Below are positions 54,891 to 64,000 of a stretch of DNA of 64,000 nucleotides, piece by piece. The notes under the pieces were generated by a model, which was not told the origin of the DNA, did not search any database, and was given only the letters and a program-made list of their open reading frames with translations. A program made the translations under genes and the position numbers. The stretch's first letter is position 1, and each line of letters starts with the position of its first letter. Source of the stretch: Auanema rhodensis (taxonomy: Eukaryota; Animalia; Nematoda); assembly GCA_964057225.1 (NCBI GenBank), contig OZ059895.1, positions 19,096,001-19,160,000 on the forward strand, in the 5' to 3' direction.

Positions 54891-57749
54891 ATGTCACAAC
54901 GGGTTACTAGATCTAGAGGGGCTAAACTTATCATTAATGAAGAAGAGCAGTCAAAAATAAGAGATCACTTCACTGTAAGAGTTTATTTCTAATTTGTTTG
55001 CCACATTATACTATTCCAGGTGACAAGAAATCGACGCAATACTGTCAAGAAATTAGTTGAAGTAGGTGCACCAATTCAAACTGTTGTTAAGAATGAACCT
55101 CAGGTTTGTTTGCTTCGATGAAGTATTATGTAATATTTCATTTTTCGCAGGCAGAAACACATGCTACAGAAGTGACAAAACGTGTAAAACGTGATGCTGA
55201 AATATTTGAAAGTTCATCAACTACTGCAACACAATCACTTAAACCTGTTATTCCTAAAGTTTTTGAAAGTTATTTTCGAGTTTTTATTCGTATTTTTCAG
55301 CGTGAATTAACTAATATAGATATAGTACCCCAATCTCCACCTAGAAGAGCTCGAAAGGTTCAGATTAATTTGCTTAATAGTTTTTTAATTTTGTTTTTTT
55401 AGACTCCTACACCTAATAGCTCACCAATAGCTAAAGTATCGAATGCAAGAAAAGCGTTATTTGCTGTTGAAGAGAAGGAAAAATTACCAGAGTCACTTGT
55501 AATTGAGACGGGACCCGATATTGTGGCATGTCCAGTAAACACAGGTCAGTCATAACTTTCTGATTTGTTGACTATACAATTGTGGTTTCAGTTGAAAAAA
55601 AAGTTGCTCCAAAAATTAGGACAGTTGCTCAATTACAAGCAGCCTTAGCTGAGAAAGGTGCACTTCGAAAAATTCATGAACAAAATCTTGGAAATAAGAG
55701 TAGAGAAGTAGGTAAATCTGGTTAACTGCTGTTATGTTTTTTTTTTAGGTCGATGCACATGCAACTTTGTTGAAATCGCCCACTAAAGCTGTTCCTAGAG
55801 GGAAAGCGTTAGGATATGTATCGCCTCTTAAGAAGGCAACGTATATCAAACGGGTAGGACCACCAGTTGTGGAAACTGTGAGAACTCCTGAAAAACTTCC
55901 TGCACCCGAATATGTTCTTCCAACGTATAAAACTCCTGCTAAACAAATCGACTCAGACGAAGAAAGAGAATCAGATGAAAAGATGTACACAACAATTGAT
56001 GATTTCTCCTAATTAACTTTCTAATTTTTAGGCGCGTTTTTGATTATGGTAAAGCTTCTCGTTTAATTCCGATAGTGAAGGAAAACAGCTCTATACCTCT
56101 TCCTACAAAATATCAAAATCTTTTGGAATCATTCCAAAGTTGTGATAGAGTAAGTATAACAAATCATATTTATAAGGTTTTTTTCTTCCAGATTTTATCT
56201 ATATATGTGAGCCAGGGTCGTCGCTGTGTTGTTAACGAAATCCAGAAAAATGTGGAGAAAAATATCAAAAAGTTTGAATACCCCGGTGCTCTTTACTCAT
56301 TTCTTGAGTTTCAGGGAATTCAACTTGAAACAACTAGGCCAAGTAGTAAATGTATATCCCAGTTCGTACATTGTTAAATTAGAAGAACAAAGGCATGCTT
56401 TTGGCGGGGTTACTGCTGGTAAATATGAACATGTAATTAGTCCTGATATGGTGAATGGTATGTTTATATTGTTTTGTTTTAGCACATATATTCTTTATAT
56501 TTTCTCAGATCTCAATGAATATATGCTTCCCGATAGTCCGAAAAAAAATGCCGAAGTTCCGCTGCCGTTAGTAACCCCAGGAAAATGTATATCACCCATG
56601 AAAAGTCCAAAGAAAAAATGTGTTGCACCTCTACTAAGGTATATTATAATTAATGTGTTTAAATTAATGTTTGTTAAAGAGCTCCTGAAACTGGGACACG
56701 TGCTCGTTTAGAAGGATGGAGAATGAGCTGTAGGAGCCATGTAATGAGGCATCTTCTTGCTGAGAAAGTGAAAAAATGTTACAAAGCCTTCATGGCACGC
56801 ATTGGAGGTAGAATAAATGAACTTACTTATTGGCTACCTGCTCATTTAAGCTCCTGAGCCCAAGTTCCCTGTTCAACGTTTTCACCCTAAATTTGTTGTT
56901 AGAATTGATTCTGAATGTGCTGATCTTGAACAGGTAATGTTTCGAGTTGTATACAATTTCACGACAACTCATTTGCAGGCGCCTCTTCCTGAACCCCCTC
57001 GTAGAGATGAAAATCTAAAACAAATGCGTGACTTCATGAATTCAGTTGATGTGGAAGCTAAGATTCCAGATGTCGTGAATGTGCGATTCTTTCATCTTGC
57101 TTATCGTACTTTCTGTTTTTTTTTTCAGAAAGCTATTCAAGAGTTGAAGAGCCCTGTAAAATCATTGATGTCTCCATCTACTAACGTACCTTTATCGCCA
57201 AGGAAATTTGCTCAAATTCAAAGCTCAAAGCCAAAGGGTACCATGTCCCTTCTTGAAAGAGTAAGACTTTTTTTTGTGATATCATATAAAATTTCTTACA
57301 GATACGTGCTAAAGAGGCTGCTAAAAAACTAGCTGATTCTATGAAAAATCCAGAAGTAGAAAGAAAAAAAGCTCTTTTACAGAGACTGGAGCAAAGCATG
57401 CTTCGTTCCGTGTTGTGGTAATTCATTTTAATGATTCCTTCTTGAGTTTTATATTTCCAGCATGTATACTCAGAAGCAATGCCGATCTTTAGAATTGAAT
57501 ATAGTAGTTGAGAAGATTCTATACAATGCCGGACGTACTCTTACCAATGGTGTAATGATCTAGAACTTTATTTTATAACTTTTTATTTTAGCCGATGTGA
57601 AGCATCATCTCGAATTACTCTGTGAAATTGCTCCTGATTACTGCAGTATAAAGGAAGTCGTTTCTAGAAAATATCTCCAAATTTCAAATCCCGACTTTCG
57701 CCTGCTTGGAAATATTGTTAAAGAAGAACTTCAAAAGATTGCCGCATAA
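54891..57749 (+). CDS. cdt-1: DNA replication licensing factor CDT1
   Basis: N-terminal PIP-like QSKIRDHF, Cy motif ARKALF, SP/TP CDK sites, geminin-binding region IPLPTKYQNLLESFQSCDRILS...FNLKQLGQVVNVYPSSY, RFHPKF, SLLERIRAKE, and C-terminal VKHHLELLCEIAPDYC. TTTCAG acceptor at 54880. Confidence 0.92.
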
Positions 57750-58162
57750 TATGCAGAACAAAATTTTCTCTTTTCAAACTCATACTATTGATTTTGATTA
57801 TTGGCTTTTATATGTTTCTTTTTTTGTACAACATTTATTTTTCAGATGGTTTCTGAACCTTTCCAGTTTCTTGTATTATTCTTTATTTACTTCTTAACTT
57901 GGACTAATACTACTTTTGTAATCAATGCTCACCTGTCTGATATTTTTGAAGACAATAAATCATATTGTACATAGAGAATCTCTATTGTATTAGTAATATT
58001 TATTTTGATTTTCTCAATCGATTGGACTACGTCGTATTTAGTTGATAAGGTCAATCATGCGCAATTCACAGTCTATAATTCAATTGCGTTTTGGTTTTAA
58101 AATTGTTTTTTTGTATTCATTGCTATTTAACATTTTGAGTATTTTGTTGGATATTTTAGGTA

Positions 58163-59715
58163 ATGCCGACGGTTTGGTTGACACTTGTTAAATTTATTTT
58201 TCAATGGACTTTCGGAGCTCTAGCGTTATTAAAGCTGCTAAAAGACAAAATTATCTATGGAAAAAATAAAATAACTGAATATCCGAAACCAAAATGTTTA
58301 GAAGGCTGGGATACACGTTTTGTTGATATTGGAGTGAGTTTTAAGCTTTTGGATTTGTTCATTTTGTTGCCAGGGTCTCAAGCTTCATTACGTTCAAACT
58401 GGAGACGATTCAAAGCCTCTGTTCCTAATGTTACACGGCTTCCCTGAATTTTGGTACACTTGGCGTTATCAATTACGAGAATTTCAGAATGATTACAGGT
58501 ATTTTGTGCTATAATATTACAAAGAAAAGCTTATACTATTGTGAACGTCCCAGGTGTGTGGCCATTGATATGAGAGGATATAATTTATCTGATAAGCCTG
58601 AACATATTTCTGACTATAGCATTGATATGTTAGCTAATGACGTCAAGCTTGTTATAGAAAAATTAGGTTTTATATTTTTTCAGTTTCTGATGATATTTAT
58701 CAATTTTCAGGGTATAAGAAAGCTATCCTTATGGCTCATGATTGGGGAGCCATTGTAGCATGGCATGTAAGTACCATAAATACGATTTTATAAATATCGA
58801 AAGATTCGAAAGAGTTTGATCTGTTCAAATAAAAAGTTTGAGCAGGGAATTAAAAAACTTTTCCTTTATATGACATGTTAGCGTATTTTGTATGTTCAGA
58901 ATATCCAACACATTAATGGAAAACATTTTGTAGAAGATTTACGCCATTTAAGACTAATACGATAATTTGTATTTAAGGTATCCATGATGTTCCCGGAATT
59001 CATTGAACGTTTGATCATATGCAATGCACCACATCCTTTTGCATATTCATTGTCGTTGGAACAACTCTTTAAGAGCTGGTTAGAATCTGCTGGTTGGTCG
59101 CTGGACTTTATATTTTCGAATTTCAGGTATATGTTTATGTTTCAATCGCCACATATTGCTGAATGGAATATTGCAAATCGCGACTTCAAAATGTTGGAAG
59201 CGATGTTCCATGGCCGCACGGCTGGATTGAAGAATCGAGAAAATTTTACTGAGGAAGATATGGCTGCTTGGAAACACGTTTTCAGTCAACCAGGTTTTTA
59301 ACAAGATATTCGATGTAATACGTAATCATTACTTAAGGTGCTTTAACTCCTCCCATTAATTATTACAGAGCATTATTTTCCTATCCAACAATATTCAAGA
59401 GACCTAAATTAGTTGAAGTAAAAATTCATGTTTCTTTATGTCGCTGAAAAACATTATTTGCAGCCCCCTGTCTTGATTATTTGGGGAACTGCAGATCACT
59501 TCATAAAGAAACAGAGTGGAAAGATGAGTGTACAGGTCTTCTGAATGTTTTTGAATTCCGTCAACAAATTCCGTACGGTGTTTCAGTTCTGTCGTTCAGC
59601 GCAACTATATCTGCTGGAAGGAGTTTCTCATTGGGTTCAACAGGATGAACCAGAAAAGGTAAACATGCGTATAAGAAAGTTTCTTAATATGCCTGCTAAT
59701 TCATCCAAATTATAG
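58163..59715 (+). CDS. Alpha/beta-fold epoxide hydrolase (EPHX3/EPHX4, CEEH-like)
   Basis: HGFPEFWYTWRYQ oxyanion motif, AIDMRGYNLSDKP, nucleophile AHDWGA, CNAPHP, SWYMFMFQSP, PINYYRA, IWGTAD, and catalytic His in GVSHWVQQDEP. Ends NSSKL*. Confidence 0.93.
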
Positions 59716-60126
59716 TTTAAGCCAATTATTGAATAAATTACTCCTAAACCATTATATTTGTTATTATTTACATTTTTTTTCATTAATTTTTTTTTGGAAA
59801 AAGTAATAATGCTATTATGAAATGCTAATATGTGCAAATGTATTGGTTAGTTATTCTGAATCTTGAACATATATAGTGTACAACCGTTCTACATATTTCA
59901 TCTTTAAATAATAATAATTCTACCCATATGGCATGACGTCAGTTATTACTTTTTTTTAGTTATTACAATTCTTAAAATATTTTTTTATATAAAAGGAAGT
60001 TTTATAATCTTTATATCCTGTTTTCTTGAAAATGAATTTATTAAGCATAGTTTATTTCAATAAATAAATGATTAAATGCAAAGCACAATATGGTCTATGG
60101 ACATAGTTATAGGGTACAGAGGTACA

Positions 60127-60129
<3 letters not shown>

Positions 60130-60161
<32 letters not shown>
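60130..60161. repeat. (AT)n microsatellite
   Basis: AT run. Confidence 0.9.
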
Positions 60162-60164
<3 letters not shown>

Positions 60165-61077
60165 TGTACTGTAATGGGATAGTCACAAACAGAATACATA
60201 AATTCTTAAAAACGAAATATATAGGAACGATTGTTTCTACACACAAGGACAAGTACTCTAACCTGCACTCCAAGCGGAGGTCCCAACTTACTCTCTTTTC
60301 TCATCTTCTCGAAACAAGCAATTTCTGGAGATGATAAAAGAGAGCAAATGCCAAACAAAAATAATTTAAGTCATTATATTCATGAGAGCAAAATTGTAAA
60401 TTGCCAGAATTTTAAGGACACGATGGAGCGTGAAGAGTTACCCGGTTCTTTGTTATTACGAAAAATTAAAATAATGGAAAGTTTTGATTATTACAGAAGA
60501 AATAAGTTAGAGTTAGTTCTTTTGAGCATCGTAAGCTATGATTAGCCAAATTAGGTTTAAACTATAAGTGAAAAGATAAAAAATTGTATATATTTTTTTT
60601 CTAGCTTATGATACTCATGAGAGAAGGTTAGGTTGATTTGTTTCTACAATAATAGTCGATAAGTCAATCTATATAAGATGAATCGTCAAGCAGGCACGGA
60701 GAGTAACTGTTTGAGCGAATCGAACCCTGAAGCTACATGTGAATATTCAGAAGGATACATCGATTATTACGTTATGAAGAATTGCAAGCAGGGCAAAAGA
60801 AACATCTATAGTGGAAGATTGATCTGATGGACATCTGCTCGAGAAACAGATATCCAATACAGACCATGTACGCAACACCAGATGAACTTCAACAGATAAA
60901 AGAAGCTTAAATACAAGGACTCTTTAAAGATAAAGAAAAAAAGAAGGAGAGAGAGAGAGTGTGTTTGAACGAACAAAATTTTTTGAAAAGAGGGAAATTA
61001 GGAGAGGCAAGAGGATTTTCGGAATTATAAAAAAAGAGAAAAATGTTGGAAACAATGAAAACACATCTGAAGCAAGT

Positions 61078-62442
61078 TTAGTTGATGGTACGCAGTCCAC
61101 TTCGTGCACAGTACATGACGACATTCCAGTTCGAAAGACAGACGAGGTCGTTCTTCTCAACGGAGTTGATACGATCACCGGATGGGGCCACGTTACACAT
61201 ACGTAGGCATCTGAAATCATTAATCGTTAGATATTTAGCAGAAGTAATCATTGTTTTACTTTTGTAATAAAGAGATTGCAAAAAAAGTGAAAAAGAACTA
61301 TACCTGTCTCCGACTCCTAAATCCGAATTGGACATGCCAAGGAACTCACAACATGGTCTGTTATCTCGGTTTTGATTAGCACAATAGAGAATGTTAGAGA
61401 GGTACTGCAAGCAAATAATCCAGTTAGATCATGCAAGGAATTTTTTTTTACCTTAAGATCACATCCATCTTGTTGAACAGCAGCAATCAAGGTTTCTGCG
61501 GCAACGTGCTCACGATGCTCGTAGGAGCAAAGAGAATGACAATTCGCAGGAACCTGTCAAGAATTATATTAGAATTCGTAAAACGAGTGAAATATTACAT
61601 GCTGTTGACAGCAAGATAAGAAAAGGTCATCAACGGTTTTTCGGGATAGACATGGAGAATATGGAGGACGGCTACGTTCAGTACCACATTCAGATGTCAA
61701 ATCCGCGTCAGTGATCTCGGTAATTGGGAATTCATGGGATAGCATTTTGGCATCTCCGCCTAAAACATAGCTTCGTTACGGTGATTGATTTGATTATTTA
61801 AATGCAATGATTTTTTTAGTTTAAAGATGATATACGCACTTGTTGGTGCACGGCGGACCTCCTTTTCAACAAATTTCTCTTCAGCTGGAGCTTCGGCTGG
61901 GTTTGGAACGCGACCACGTGGAGTAAACTTTGGCTTCACCTGTAGAAATATAAATGCAAATAAGAAAAATATAAAAAATTGCGCACAAGCTCAGATTTCT
62001 TGTCGTCTTTTTCCTCTTTATCTTCTATTGTTTCATATTTATTAAGTTTATGTGGACATTTCTCCATAACATAATCGATGCATCCGGATAAACATTTCTC
62101 TGAAAAAAGATTGAAAATATAAATTGGCTGCCAAGAATATTCAGTTTATACCTAAAACACGTTCAGTACAGCATAATACTTTCGGTAAAGAATGGCACTC
62201 AGGCAATTTTATGTCACCACGAACAATAGGGGATACACATATAATGAGAAGAGATAATGTGAGAACAGTTGAAGACCTGAAAAGAAGTTGAATGAAAAAT
62301 GTGATTTTGAGATTGATGATGAAGAGAAAAAAATGATTGTGTGCAATCTATTTTTCTATTTTGTAGAGAGAAAGACTATTCTATATGTGAATAGCATAAA
62401 AGGGTTAAGAAAACATTTTGAAACTTACAAATTCAAATTCAT
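61078..62442 (-). CDS. Secreted DB-module Cys-rich protein
   Basis: Signal peptide MNLNL|SSTVLTLSLLIICVSPIVRG; CHSLPKVLCCTERVLEKCLSGC; DB module FLSCCQQHVPANCHSLCSYE...CDLKYLSNILYCANQNRDNRPCCEFLG...DRCLRMC...CLSNWNVVMYCARSG. Checked exon junctions are in phase. Confidence 0.9.
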
Positions 62443-63666
62443 TTTCGTGAGAATAATCCTCCTCCACCAGAGCTGGACGACGTGCAACCACAACCTTTAT
62501 TATCGAAGAATCCGGAGTTGGAGAATGAATCGAAGGGGCGGTCCTGAATGTTAAAATAGAAAATTTTTCAGTTTTAATTGAATAGTGTTAAAAGATGGGA
62601 GAGCACTGATAGGTCGAATGAAAGATAATTAGGGTAGGAGGTCAACTGAAAGTGAGAACAATAGAATTTGATTTCGTTTTCTCTGCTTATAGCTGATAAT
62701 CCTCTGATAATTCATCTTTTAATTAATTAATGATAAAAATTATGTAGCTATTCGGATTATCTTTCTTTGGAACTAGGATATTATGACATGAGAATCATCT
62801 CTGCGCAATCACAAAGCAGACTCTCAATAAGCATGTCTTATTTTTTACTCCTCATTTTTGCTTTTATTTCTTATTTTATGTTTAATTATAATATACCAAT
62901 CTGTTTTAAGTTTATAATATTTGTTGTAATTTCTTACATTTTGTCTGTTTCCTCCAAATAATCCTCCGTTGCCGTGGTTGTCAAATGAAGCATCACCTCC
63001 TACACCTCCGACTCCGTGAGTTGACCTTAAATATAAGAAATATTAAAAACTTAGCATAGTTACAAAGTTCTTTATGAATGTTTTGAAACAAAAAGATTTT
63101 AATTTAATTTCCCTATGAATGAGTATTGCTAATTAACTTTGCTATTTTGCATCTCTTGATAAATGTTGAAAAAGTCTTTAATATTGCCATTCAAAAATTA
63201 CTTTGAGAATTCACAAAGTAAATTAATTTTCGATAAATATGAACCTTTTCACATCTTTTCTGTTGCATGAACTTCGAGATATGAGAATGAAAAAAAAACT
63301 ATGATTAGCGATAGAACGAGAGAACTTAAGCGAATGAGAAACATGATAGGATCGTTGGAGAGATATATACAATTGCTAATCAAATAGGGATAGAGATTAA
63401 TGACAACCGTTCGTTACGCATTATCGCAATGAAATAAATTCAATTTTCATTTTGTTTAACGACGCTTAAGAACCTAGACGTATGTTTCGAATAAATAGCT
63501 AATATGACTTGTCTTAATTTGTTATATATATATATATATATATATATTAAAAGTGAACTAACCAATTTCCAGATCCAGTACCGACCGCAAATGTGGAGGC
63601 TCCAGTCTGGGGTTGCAAGTCAGATAATGCAAGAGCGGCACGTGGACATGGGCTATCAGGAAGCAT
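62439..63666 (-). CDS. 98-aa Gly-rich protein, 3 exons (63666-63563, 63025-62938, 62543-62439); stop overlaps the DB-gene start
   Basis: MLPDSPCPRAALALSDLQPQTGASTFAVGTGSGNW|STHGVGGVGGDASFDNHGNGGLFGGNRQN|DRPFDSFSNSGFFDNKGCGCTSSSSGGGGLFSRK*. Canonical donors and acceptors, matching phases, GC-rich exons, and only this frame is open in exon 2. Confidence 0.75.
63523..63547. repeat. (TA)n microsatellite
   Basis: TA run in the first intron of the Gly-rich ORF. Confidence 0.9.
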
Positions 63667-64000
63667 AATGTTTAATTGGATGCAGTAGAATAGCTTATTC
63701 GCTTGTTTGTTTATTTATGATATATTAGCTGATAAGCGTATGCGCCTTCTAGTTCAGCTAGCAGTTGTTTTGGTAACGATTTGAAGTTGATAACGGCGGC
63801 TAAGACGTAGACGATATTCAGCCGACTGCTTGGACTTGGACTGACGGACTGACTGACTGAGTTGTCGGACAATTTGAACTTGTTGACGATTTGTAGAAAG
63901 TAATCAGATAAGAGTAATGTGAGTGTCTTTTTGTGTCTATAATACAGTCAAATAATTTGTTCGTTTCCTTGTTTAGGTGAACCAAGAATAAGGTCAAGGT

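Noticed and set aside
62429-62543. Alternative open frame in the shared exon (TAPSIHSPTPDSS...ENEFEF)
   Set aside because: Out of phase with the upstream exon, and it hits a stop in the next exon, so it does not join the two ORFs.
1-64000. CRISPR arrays, prokaryotic operons, transposase or reverse-transcriptase ORFs, rRNA
   Set aside because: None seen; the window is intron-rich eukaryotic DNA and its repeats are simple microsatellites.

Overview
Eukaryotic, AT-rich genomic DNA from a nematode, most likely a rhabditid. The basis is dense 40-60 nt GT-AG introns, TTTCAG-like acceptors and acceptors directly upstream of start codons (trans-splicing pattern). The ORF track is mostly exon fragments or noise, so genes were assembled by hand across introns. 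Left to right: zoo-1/ZO-1 (+); a PMP3/UPF0057 small membrane protein (-); a secreted Cys-rich repeat protein (-); RWDD1 and par-6 (+, operon-like); weakly supported small membrane-protein genes including a FAM174-like gene; an Ajuba/LIMD1/WTIP-like 3xLIM gene (+); a ~17.6 kb many-exon low-complexity gene with an intronic tRNA-like element (+); drag-1/RGM (-); cdt-1 (+); an EPHX3/4-like epoxide hydrolase (+); and a DB-module secreted protein (-). The most striking observation is at the right end: a spliced three-exon, 98-aa Gly-rich ORF whose TGA stop overlaps the ATG of the DB-module gene (AAA-ATGA) inside a shared exon, i.e. a candidate dicistronic, termination-reinitiation or frameshift unit. 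Also notable: the RGM has GQLH in place of the GDPH autocleavage motif, and the epoxide hydrolase ends in a peroxisomal SKL.
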